A DNA stretch of 18,140 bases from an uncultured Candidatus Saccharibacteria bacterium (GCA_964350745.1 CAYGKU010000016.1:1-18140), one strand, 5' to 3'. Positions 1 to 7,181 are shown, counted from the first letter of the stretch. Notes: generated by a model not told the origin, from the letters alone. Numbers and translations are program-made.

Positions 1-31
1 GTACTGGAAAGTTTTGGATTTTGATGTATTA

Positions 32-113
32 TGCTGAGGCGGAGTTGGTATGCCACTCTCCTTATGCTTGCGCAACTAATGTAGAAGTTACATTAGTTTT
101 GTACCAGCTCCGC
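32..113 (+). repeat. Copy E of the tRNA-linked structured repeat family; its upstream part is probably cut by the window edge
   Basis: tgctgaggcggag (32-44) matches tgctaggcggag of copy A (420-431). gcggagttggta (39-50) pairs with taccagctccgc (102-113) as a 12-bp stem with one G-T. An inner 10-bp hairpin aactaatgta/tacattagtt lies at 74-98. No ORF is present. Confidence 0.5.
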
Positions 114-268
114 TTTTCGCTCCACTGTCTTTTCGGCCAAGTGTCTTGGAGACTAGAGCTTCGTTCCTCATTCGCTCCCTGCAACAAATTTCTTTATTAA
201 TAAATTTGTTGTGGGATCTACTTCCAGAAAACAAATAAAAGCTATCGCTTTTGTTTGTTTCTTCACTT

Positions 269-340
269 GCTCCCGTAGTTTAATGGATAAAATATTGGTT
301 TGCGGTACCAATGCTCCAGGTTCGATTCCTGGCGGGAGCA
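269..340 (+). tRNA. tRNA-Arg (anticodon GCG)
   Basis: A 72-nt cloverleaf folded by hand. Acceptor GCTCCCG/CGGGAGC, D arm GTTT/AAAT, anticodon stem TTGGT/ACCAA with loop TTGCGGT, T arm CCAGG-TTCGATT-CCTGG, discriminator A. No CCA is encoded. Confidence 0.9.
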
Positions 341-347
341 CAAAAGT

Positions 348-388
348 AAAATAAAACACACTGGCGACTAGCCAGTGTGTTTTATTTT
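348..388 (+). terminator. Rho-independent terminator-like hairpin after tRNA-Arg(GCG)
   Basis: aaaataaaacacactggc / gccagtgtgttttatttt is a perfect 18-bp stem around the loop gacta. The 3' arm ends in a T run. Confidence 0.75.
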
Positions 389-390
389 AG

Positions 391-530
391 AAAGCAAATA
401 GTTTTGCTTTCGGCTTTTGTGCTAGGCGGAGATATGTTTTTCTGCCCCTGCCTAGGGCAGAAAAACATTCGAGCCGGGGTCGAGAACACTTAGTAGAATT
501 TGAACGCAGTGAAAATTATACTTAGTGATT
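391..530 (+). repeat. Copy A of the tRNA-linked structured repeat family
   Basis: Ordered blocks: hairpin aaagcaaa-tagt-tttgcttt (391-410); ttcggcttttgtg; ggcggag (425-431); a 14-bp hairpin atgtttttctgccc/gggcagaaaaacat (434-468) with loop ctgccta; tcgagccggggtc (469-481); cttagtagaat (489-499); and a second acttagtgatt (520-530). The same ordered blocks recur in copies B, D, F and G. Confidence 0.75.
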
Positions 531-780
531 CGTGACCACAAATTGGTATATTACCAGAGCGTTTGTGATTGCCAGACCGGCTCCCGCCAGGCGCAGGGTT
601 TTTATGAAGCGATAGCGGAATAAAAAGCCGTAGCGCAAACCTGGTTTGAAAATTGCATGAACATACCAAAGTATGTTCATGTGCGGAGTGTGAAGGGTTT
701 TTTTGCGGTTGGGTTTGTGTAAAACGGTTGCGCAAAGCTCAGTTTGTGAGTCTTGGTCAATTTTCTGCTAAACTACTTGT

Positions 781-1317
781 ATGAAATACGTCGCTCTGCT
801 TCGAGGAATAAATGTTGGAGGAAACAACAAGGTAGAAATGAAAAAACTAAAAACGGTCTTTGAAGATCTAGGTTTCCAAAAAGTACTCACTTACATCAAT
901 AGTGGTAATGTTATTTTTGAGACGGGAAGTAAGGATGTTAAAAAAATAGTGGTTAATATTGAAAAAGCCATTGCCGATAATTTTAAACTTGATATAAGAG
1001 TCGTGGTGCGAGACGGTAAGAATATAAAAAAGATCTGTGAAGCTGTTCCCTCAGAATGGGTCAACGATAAGGATCAAAAAACGGACGTTTTGTTTTTGTG
1101 GGAAGAATATGCTTCTAAGAAAAGTCTGGAGCTTATAAAAACTAACTCGGAAGTCGATATCCTGTTGTACGTAGACAAGGCAATAATTTGGCATGTCAAC
1201 AAAAAAGACTACAACCAAAGTGGTATGGACAAATTCATCGGTACGGAAGTGTATAAGAATATGACCGCCAGAAATATCAATACGGTAAGGAGATTGGCGG
1301 AGCTGATGAGCGAATAG
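781..1317 (+). CDS. DUF1697 family protein
   Basis: The N-terminus MKYVALLRGINVGGNNKVEMKKLK...YINSGNVIF is the typical DUF1697 signature. Size is 178 aa. Confidence 0.8.
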   Translation: MKYVALLRGINVGGNNKVEMKKLKTVFEDLGFQKVLTYINSGNVIFETGSKDVKKIVVNIEKAIADNFKLDIRVVVRDGKNIKKICEAVPSEWVNDKDQKTDVLFLWEEYASKKSLELIKTNSEVDILLYVDKAIIWHVNKKDYNQSGMDKFIGTEVYKNMTARNINTVRRLAELMSE

Positions 1318-1392
1318 GGTCGTATAAGAGAGGGTGAGGCAGTCTCTGATGAGTGATTGTCCAGTGTGATCGGCTTGTGTTATGCTAATGTG

Positions 1393-1770
1393 ATGCGAAG
1401 AATCGGAATTGATTTTGGTACTAAAAAGATCGGTATTTCCCTTAGTGACGAAGCGGGAAAGATGGCTTTTCCGCATGGAGTTTTGACAAATGATAAAAAC
1501 TTTTTTGCTAAATTGGTGGCTTTGATAGAGGAGAAGAAGGTGGGAGAGATAGTGATCGGCCACTCAATAGACAAGAGTGGGGAGCCAAACAAGGTTCACA
1601 AGCAGGTGGAGATACTGATCACTGACCTGACCCTAGAGACCGGGTTGCCGGTCCATTTGGAGCCAGAGCAATACACTACCCAAGAGGCCTTACGTATCCA
1701 GGGGAGAAACGAGATGACGGATGCGGCCGCGGCCACTATAATACTGAACAATTTTCTTAATAGAGCTTAA
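1393..1770 (+). CDS. ruvX: Holliday junction resolvase-like / pre-16S rRNA nuclease RuvX (YqgF family)
   Basis: MRRIGIDFGTKKIGISLSD... followed by IVIGHSIDKSGEP is YqgF-like. The internal ATG at 1393 was chosen because family members start at the M-R-x-hGhDhG motif. The ORF extends upstream to 1357. Confidence 0.8.
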   Translation: MRRIGIDFGTKKIGISLSDEAGKMAFPHGVLTNDKNFFAKLVALIEEKKVGEIVIGHSIDKSGEPNKVHKQVEILITDLTLETGLPVHLEPEQYTTQEALRIQGRNEMTDAAAATIILNNFLNRA

Positions 1771-1802
1771 CGACACTTTGACAGAATTAAAAAAATAGAA
1801 CT

Positions 1803-2135
1803 ATGGAAAATATTACCTATGATGATTTTGCAAAATTAGATATCAGGATCGGCACTATAGTCAGTGTTGAGGTGGTGCCGGACGCTGATAAATTACTGAA
1901 ACTGATGGTTGATCTTGGCGAGGAAGAACCGAGGCAGATCATATCTGGTATTCGCACCTACTTCGAGGACCCCCAGGTGCTGGTGGGGAAGCAGTGTCCG
2001 TTTCTGGTTAATCTTGAGCCACGCACCATTCGTGGACTTTCGAGTCAGGGAATGATCTTGGCTGTGGGATCGGAAGATGTTTTTAGTCTACTTTCACCAC
2101 AAGTTAAAATGGAATCAGGCACAAAAGTTGGTTAA
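1803..2135 (+). CDS. Stand-alone tRNA-binding domain protein (CsaA/Trbp111/EMAP-like OB fold)
   Basis: FAKLDIRIGTIVSVEVVPDADKLLKLMVDLGEE.PRQIISGI...VGKQCPFLVNLEPRTIRGLSSQGMILA matches the tRNA_bind domain pattern found at MetG C-termini and in CsaA. Confidence 0.75.
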   Translation: MENITYDDFAKLDIRIGTIVSVEVVPDADKLLKLMVDLGEEEPRQIISGIRTYFEDPQVLVGKQCPFLVNLEPRTIRGLSSQGMILAVGSEDVFSLLSPQVKMESGTKVG

Positions 2136-2144
2136 TATAGCAAA

Positions 2145-2750
2145 ATGTTAGATTCAGTTCGCAGAAAGGAAAAAGAAGAAGAGATGAAAGAGGTCGCCAA
2201 ACGGTCCGAAGGTTTGTTGCGTTCCAGATTCGGTTTGTTGTTTTTGGGGATCTTGTCTTTTGCTGAATCGATGCTTCTTATACCGCTTATTACCGACCCT
2301 TTCCTGATCGCTTATATTATCTTACATAAGAAGAAAGCGGTAACGGCTGTCTTTGTGACGACTGTTACTTCTATTCTGGGAGGTTTGGGGGCATACATCA
2401 CCGCAGCCTTTTTCATTGATACGGTCTTGGGATACTTGTCGCCTGAATCGGTAGTTGAATTCTATTCGATCGTGAACCAATTCAGGGATAGTACTTTTGC
2501 TCTCGGACTGCTTGGTGCTATTACTCCTATACCATTTACGTTAACGGCATTGGCGGCCGGTGCCATTAAGGGTAATCTAGCTTTATTTTTGCTGGGAGTT
2601 CTTATCGGACGAACAATTCGTTACAGTATAGCAGGGTATCTGACCTATAAGTTTGGTGAGGACGCGGTGCGTATGGTCAGGAAGAATATTAAGTTCATCA
2701 CTCTGATCACGTTCATTATTGTTGCTATCTATCTTTGGTTCACCATGTGA
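2145..2750 (+). CDS. YqaA/DedA-like (VTT domain) integral membrane protein
   Basis: Several hydrophobic segments. AESMLLIPLITDPFLIAYIIL and LGGLGAYITAAFF resemble the YqaA/DedA pattern. The start is uncertain; an alternative ATG lies at 2184. Confidence 0.55.
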   Translation: MLDSVRRKEKEEEMKEVAKRSEGLLRSRFGLLFLGILSFAESMLLIPLITDPFLIAYIILHKKKAVTAVFVTTVTSILGGLGAYITAAFFIDTVLGYLSPESVVEFYSIVNQFRDSTFALGLLGAITPIPFTLTALAAGAIKGNLALFLLGVLIGRTIRYSIAGYLTYKFGEDAVRMVRKNIKFITLITFIIVAIYLWFTM

Positions 2751-2793
2751 GTTGGTGGCGGTTTTTGCGGAGTAGACAGAGTATAATATACAC

Positions 2794-3882
2794 ATGAACC
2801 TGTCATCTGTTCTTGAGTTTGTTCCGCCACCAAAATACCTGACCATGCCCGCTGTTGGTGTTGATATTTCTGATACTTCCATGAAGTACATTTGTTTTAA
2901 ACGTTCTTTACGTTCGAGACGTGCTTCAGAGATAGAGATGTGGGGAGACATCGATATTCCTGATGGGGTGTTGGATGAGGGAAAGGTGATCGATCCAAAA
3001 AAATTGGTCGAGGTGTTGAAGGAATTCAAAGCCAAGGTTAAAACTGAATTCATCCGAGTTTCATTGCCGGAAGAAAGAGTTTACATATTTGAGACTGAAA
3101 TAAAGACCGATGTTCCCAAAAAAGAGATTCGCAGTTTGTTAGAGTTTCGTTTAGAAGAGAATGTTCCGATCTCTGCCCGAGATGCGATATTTGATTATGA
3201 ATTTTTAGGTAACGGTTCCGGAAATAAAGTGAGGATAGTGGTGGCTGCTTATCAGCGTGAGACTATCCTAAAGTACTATGACGTTTGTCGCGAGGCCGGC
3301 CTCACTCCTTTGTCCTTTGAGGTGGAAGCGCAAGCCATGGCCAGAGCGGTCACACCGCTTGATTGTCCCAAGACAGCCATGATGGTTGATTTTGGAAAGA
3401 CTCGTACCGGCGTGGGTATTGTTAATAACGGTTCTCTGTTATACACCTCCACTATCGAGCTTGGAGGTAAGCAGTTATCGCAAGTTATGCGTAAAGCGCT
3501 TGGTGATATGCCTGAAGCAGAGCTTACCAAGCTGAAGAATACAGTTGGTCTGGTTAGAAAATACGGCGACACTGATATGCACGACGCACTTATTTCTACA
3601 GTGTCGGTCATTAAAGATGAAATTTCTTCTCGTATACAGTATTGGCACCACAACAACCTAAACGATAAGGAGCGCCGGATAGAAAAGGTGATACTTACCG
3701 GCGGTAGTGCCAACTTGAAGGGGTTGCCCGAGTATCTTTCTGAATGTTTGGGTATTCCGACCGTGCGAGGTGATGTTTGGAGTAATGCCTTTAGTACCGA
3801 TCTTTATATACCGCCAATTGATAAAAAGCACTCTTACGGTTATGCCACGGCTGTCGGCCTTGCTCTAAAGAATGTCTTTTAA
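2794..3882 (+). CDS. pilM: Type IV pilus assembly ATPase-like protein PilM (actin/HSP70 fold)
   Basis: GVDISDTSMKYICF near the N-terminus, DFGKTRTGVGIV, and ILTGGSANLKGLPEYLSECLGIP match the PilM/FtsA-like phosphate and adenosine motifs. A pilN-like gene follows. An alternative start lies at 2845. Confidence 0.8.
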   Translation: MNLSSVLEFVPPPKYLTMPAVGVDISDTSMKYICFKRSLRSRRASEIEMWGDIDIPDGVLDEGKVIDPKKLVEVLKEFKAKVKTEFIRVSLPEERVYIFETEIKTDVPKKEIRSLLEFRLEENVPISARDAIFDYEFLGNGSGNKVRIVVAAYQRETILKYYDVCREAGLTPLSFEVEAQAMARAVTPLDCPKTAMMVDFGKTRTGVGIVNNGSLLYTSTIELGGKQLSQVMRKALGDMPEAELTKLKNTVGLVRKYGDTDMHDALISTVSVIKDEISSRIQYWHHNNLNDKERRIEKVILTGGSANLKGLPEYLSECLGIPTVRGDVWSNAFSTDLYIPPIDKKHSYGYATAVGLALKNVF

Positions 3883-3885
3883 ACT

Positions 3886-4431
3886 ATGATAAATCTTCTA
3901 CCACCACAAGCAAAGAAGAGTATAACCACCGAATACTGGGTTCGAGTAGTGACGGTTTTTATGTTCATAATAAGTGTCGCCGGTTTTATCGTGACACTAC
4001 TGATGTTGCCGGTCTATGGGCTGGTGAGTTCTCAGGTTGATAATTACTCTTCCTTTGCCCAAGAGGCAGCTGAAAAAGTAGCAGAGTACGACTTGTCCGC
4101 TTCATCTTTGGTGTCGGCTAATAAGCAGGCGATGATGCTGGTCAAACAAAAAGAAACAAGTGACTTTTCTCAAATGGTCGATTTGTTCGAGTCACTGAAG
4201 GGGGACGGTATTGCTATCAGTAATTTTGAGTTTGTTAGAAAAGATAAGGTGGAGATCGGTCAAATAAATATTCAGGGGCGCGCGCTTGATAGACAAGATC
4301 TGGTAGATTTTCGTGACGCTTTATTAAAACAGGCTGTGATAAAGAGTGTCGATTTGCCGATATCAAATTTAGCAAAAGATAAGAACATACCGTTCACGAT
4401 CACGGTCGAGGTGGTAAATAACGAAAGTTAA
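3886..4431 (+). CDS. pilN: PilN-like type IV pilus biogenesis protein
   Basis: MINLLPPQ N-terminus (the INLLP signature), one TM helix and a coiled region. It sits 3 nt after the pilM stop. Confidence 0.7.
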   Translation: MINLLPPQAKKSITTEYWVRVVTVFMFIISVAGFIVTLLMLPVYGLVSSQVDNYSSFAQEAAEKVAEYDLSASSLVSANKQAMMLVKQKETSDFSQMVDLFESLKGDGIAISNFEFVRKDKVEIGQINIQGRALDRQDLVDFRDALLKQAVIKSVDLPISNLAKDKNIPFTITVEVVNNES

Positions 4432-4440
4432 AATATTTTT

Positions 4441-4962
4441 ATGTCAGGAAAAACTAAAAAAACACTGATCATATCTTTGATAGTCATGATGATCTCAATG
4501 GGTACTTTGGCCTTCTTGTTCTATAAAATTGAAGCACAGAACAAACTAATGGAAGAACATATAAATATAATCGCTGAAAATGGCACTAAAGAGGCGACCT
4601 ATAGTCACATTAATCGAATTGTCCAAGAAACCGAGCAGGATAGAGCTAGGTTAGCCGGTCTTTATTTGTCGGATGAAAGCGATAGTATAAATCTGTTAAA
4701 TGAAATTGAAACTCTGGCTCCGACCTTTGGTTTAGAATTCAAGACTGAGGCTTTGGAGAAAGTAAGGATCGGAGATGATGGACCGGAGTCAATAAAAATG
4801 ACCTTTAGTTATTCAGGTAGAAAGGATAAAGTCTTTGGTTTTACCAAAATGATAGAGTCCATTCCGTACCATTCTACTGTTGAGTCGCTGTCATTAAAGG
4901 AGGTGGGTGGTGGTGATTTTACCGGAAAGATCACGGTCTTCATAACAATACAGCCAACATGA
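4441..4962 (+). CDS. pilO: PilO-like bitopic membrane protein
   Basis: N-terminal TM helix, coiled-coil segment and C-terminal alpha/beta region, in the expected position after pilM-pilN. No sharp motif was found, so the call is positional and architectural. Confidence 0.5.
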   Translation: MSGKTKKTLIISLIVMMISMGTLAFLFYKIEAQNKLMEEHINIIAENGTKEATYSHINRIVQETEQDRARLAGLYLSDESDSINLLNEIETLAPTFGLEFKTEALEKVRIGDDGPESIKMTFSYSGRKDKVFGFTKMIESIPYHSTVESLSLKEVGGGDFTGKITVFITIQPT

Positions 4963-5552
4963 TAGATAAAAAAATAGTAGACAACATAATTAAAAAAACT
5001 GTTCGCTCCAAAGAACAGCCTTTGATGAAACAAAGGATGATCAACCCAAAAAGAGAGTGGGCTATCGGTTTGTCTGCCGGGATCATCTTGGTGGCACTTG
5101 GTGGGTGGTGGAATGTTTATACTTATGAAAGATTCAGCGGAACCGTTGCTTATGATAGTGAGATATCCGAAAATGTTGTGGTGTATAGGGAAAGCGTTGT
5201 GGAAGCAGCTTTGTCAGATTTCGATGAGCGGGCACTCAGGTATGAGAATTTAAGGAAGGAATTGGCGGGGATGGAAGTGATGTCGGTATTTCAGGCTTCA
5301 ACCACAGAAGAAGATGAATTGCCGGTGGAAAGTGGAAGTGATGCTGATGAGGCGACTGGTGATTCTGGGGAGGTTATCGAGGATGAAGGTGAGGAAATAA
5401 GCGAGGATAATGAGGAGGTGTCTGAGGTCGATAATGTAGATCCTGATAATGAAAGCAATAGAACTTCCCTAGGTGATGATGGAGGTCAAACAGAGAGTAA
5501 TGAAATAGTTCCTCCTGAAGGTGATCAAGGTAAGCCGGAGATGGCGTTTTAA
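4959..5552 (+). CDS. Membrane-anchored protein with a strongly acidic (D/E/S-rich) C-terminal tail; last gene of the pil cluster
   Basis: ATGA overlap with the pilO-like stop. TM helix WAIGLSAGIILVALGGWW. The last ~70 aa are dominated by E, D, S and G. Confidence 0.55.
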   Translation: MIDKKIVDNIIKKTVRSKEQPLMKQRMINPKREWAIGLSAGIILVALGGWWNVYTYERFSGTVAYDSEISENVVVYRESVVEAALSDFDERALRYENLRKELAGMEVMSVFQASTTEEDELPVESGSDADEATGDSGEVIEDEGEEISEDNEEVSEVDNVDPDNESNRTSLGDDGGQTESNEIVPPEGDQGKPEMAF

Positions 5553-5682
5553 GTTTATTAAATTTCGTTAATAGAAGTGATCCGAGTATTTATGGGTTGT
5601 TGTGCTGTTGTGTGACGGTTTCTGAGTCAGAATATCTTGACGCAGGTTACCAAATGTTCTCACTGACTACACCAGTTGTGAG

Positions 5683-5790
5683 CACTAAGTACCTGCTATC
5701 CCAGATCGCCACATCTTGCGCTAGGAAAGGCACAAAATGTATGGCTCCGCTTCACAAACAAGCACGAAAGCAAAGCAGGTTTTGCTAGTG
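5683..5790 (-). repeat. Copy F of the structured repeat family; an orphan with no adjacent tRNA
   Basis: The minus strand reads agcaaa-acctgc-tttgct, ttcgtgcttgtttgtg, aagcggag, a hairpin with loop tttcctag, cgatctggg, then acttagtg. Block order and spacing match copies A and B. It overlaps only a 63-aa ORF (5597-5788) that has no support. Confidence 0.65.
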
Positions 5791-5885
5791 TGTACTCCCT
5801 AGGCGTTGCGAAAAAATACCCACCAAGCCCCACTAGGGTTTACGAGCGACGGATGTCGCTCTTATCGGTGGGAGGTAATTTCTGT

Positions 5886-5945
5886 AAAATACATGAAAAA
5901 TACAAAAAAATACAATTTTGCGATAAAATATACACATAAAATACT
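5886..5945 (+). promoter_or_regulatory. AAAATAC(A) direct repeats (A-tract array) immediately upstream of the ATPase gene
   Basis: AAAATACA occurs at 5886-5893, 5897-5904 and 5907-5914, giving 10-11 bp spacing. AAAATATACA is at 5925-5934 and AAAATACT at 5938-5945. A TAAAAT -10-like hexamer is at 5924-5929, and the ATG is at 5951. Confidence 0.4.
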
Positions 5946-5950
5946 CAGTT

Positions 5951-7156
5951 ATGACATATTCAAAAAAGCCAAATCCTTTTAATCCAAACGGAGTAGTATC
6001 GCCTAATCTCTTTGCAGGCAGGTCAGCTCAGGTAAACAAAATATTAAGAAAGCTAGAGTTGGCGAAAAATGGCACACCCTCAAGCTTCATTTTTGTTGGA
6101 GATCGTGGTATTGGTAAAACTGCATTGGCTAAGCTAACGCGCTTTGTGGCAACTAGTAACGATGAGGGTTTATATAACCTAAACTTTCTCTCATCATATT
6201 ATTCTGTGGCAAGAGGACAATCGACTCCAGAAGTTTTGCAAGCGTCTTTAAACGAACTCACTGAGAGGATGCCTTCAGGAGTTTTAGATAAAATGCAGAG
6301 GCATTTAGGGAAGTTGTTTTCAAATGGAAAGTTTTCAATTGGTGCCTTTGGCGCATCTGTTGAAATTGCCGGTGGTGAAACGCAGGACGACACTACAGTT
6401 CGTGACCAAGTCATATCAATACTCTCGAATGTGATAACTGCCTTGCGAGAAGAACCAGACAGTCCCAAGGATGGTGTGTTAATCGTAATTGATGAGTTGA
6501 ACAATCTTTCGGATATTCAAGAATGTGCTCAGCTGGTTAGAGGTATTGTAACTACACTAGATATAAAAGATTTAGGCTATATATCTTTCATTTTGATTGG
6601 GTATAGAGATACGGAACGAAAATTTTTTGAAGGAGATGAATCAGCAAGGCGTAACATTGATGAAGTGTCATTGAACCCTATGCCAGACGAAGAAGCGTAT
6701 CAGATTTTGTGTAAAGGTTTTGAGAGTGCGGAAGTAAAATGGGACGAGCCAGCAGCAAGGGATTCGATTAAGAGAACAGCAGGTTATCCGTACGCTGTGC
6801 AGCTTTTGGGTCATAATGCCTATGAAGCTGATACAGATGGAAACATTGATGAAGATGATTGGATAAAAGCAACTGTATCAACAGCACTTGAACTTCAGAC
6901 TAAAGAATTTTCAACGATGTATTCATTTCAAGGTAAAAAAGGCTCCCGAGAAGCAATAATTGATTGTGTAATTGATAATAATGCTTGTCTTTCTAAATCT
7001 CATATTAATAGCCTGTGTCCGAAGTTAAATGTATACAGAGAATTGCCCAAGCTTATTCAACAAGGGAGCTTAATTGAGGATGCTGACGGAAAGATTTGTA
7101 TCAGTTCCCAGTTACTTAGGTGGGCAGTCATTTTCTCAAGACCGGATAAACAATAA
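5951..7156 (+). CDS. P-loop NTPase of the ORC/Cdc6 - archaeal-ATPase (PF01637-like) / STAND style, with a helical and probable winged-helix C-terminus
   Basis: N-terminal FAGRSAQVNKILRKL (the F-x-G/D-R-x-x-E/Q-hhh-L lead-in typical of this class). Walker A GDRGIGKT (aa 50-57). Walker B VLIVIDELNNL (aa 176-186). No enzymatic effector domain was recognised. Confidence 0.6.
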   Translation: MTYSKKPNPFNPNGVVSPNLFAGRSAQVNKILRKLELAKNGTPSSFIFVGDRGIGKTALAKLTRFVATSNDEGLYNLNFLSSYYSVARGQSTPEVLQASLNELTERMPSGVLDKMQRHLGKLFSNGKFSIGAFGASVEIAGGETQDDTTVRDQVISILSNVITALREEPDSPKDGVLIVIDELNNLSDIQECAQLVRGIVTTLDIKDLGYISFILIGYRDTERKFFEGDESARRNIDEVSLNPMPDEEAYQILCKGFESAEVKWDEPAARDSIKRTAGYPYAVQLLGHNAYEADTDGNIDEDDWIKATVSTALELQTKEFSTMYSFQGKKGSREAIIDCVIDNNACLSKSHINSLCPKLNVYRELPKLIQQGSLIEDADGKICISSQLLRWAVIFSRPDKQ

Positions 7157-7181
7157 AACCACTCAGCTGAGTGGTTTTATT
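7155..7181 (+). terminator. Rho-independent terminator after the ATPase gene
   Basis: aaaaccactcagc/gctgagtggtttt is a perfect palindromic stem followed by attgttt. Confidence 0.7.

Noticed and set aside
1-170. The 3' end of a tmRNA (ccagctccgc resembles the tmRNA terminal CAGCTCCACCA), or SRP-like ccggaggagcaag at 14584-14596
   Set aside because: There is no adjoining T-arm or tRNA-Ala-like acceptor, no tag-reading-frame context, and no SRP domain IV symmetric-loop motifs. The resemblance is limited to a few bases.
168-359. A 63-aa minus-strand ORF
   Set aside because: It lies antisense across tRNA-Arg(GCG) and its flanks, so it is an artefact of ORF calling in RNA-gene DNA.
490-735. An 81-aa minus-strand ORF in the long intergenic region
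   Set aside because: It has no RBS, an odd composition, and overlaps hairpins and repeats. It is treated as non-coding.
1051-1563. A 170-aa minus-strand ORF, together with other antisense ORFs (1380-1592, 2583-3053, 3276-3713, 4809-5033, 6199-6504, 10150-10536, 10914-11144, 11165-11516, 12386-12583, 13464-13875, 14720-15301, 15824-16075, 16363-16935, 17603-18088)
   Set aside because: Each overlaps, on the opposite strand or in another frame, a gene with clear family motifs. Their sequences are low-complexity or show no motifs.
5597-5788. A 63-aa + strand ORF (MLCCCVTV...)
   Set aside because: It coincides with repeat copy F, is Cys-rich with a nonsense-like sequence, and has no RBS.
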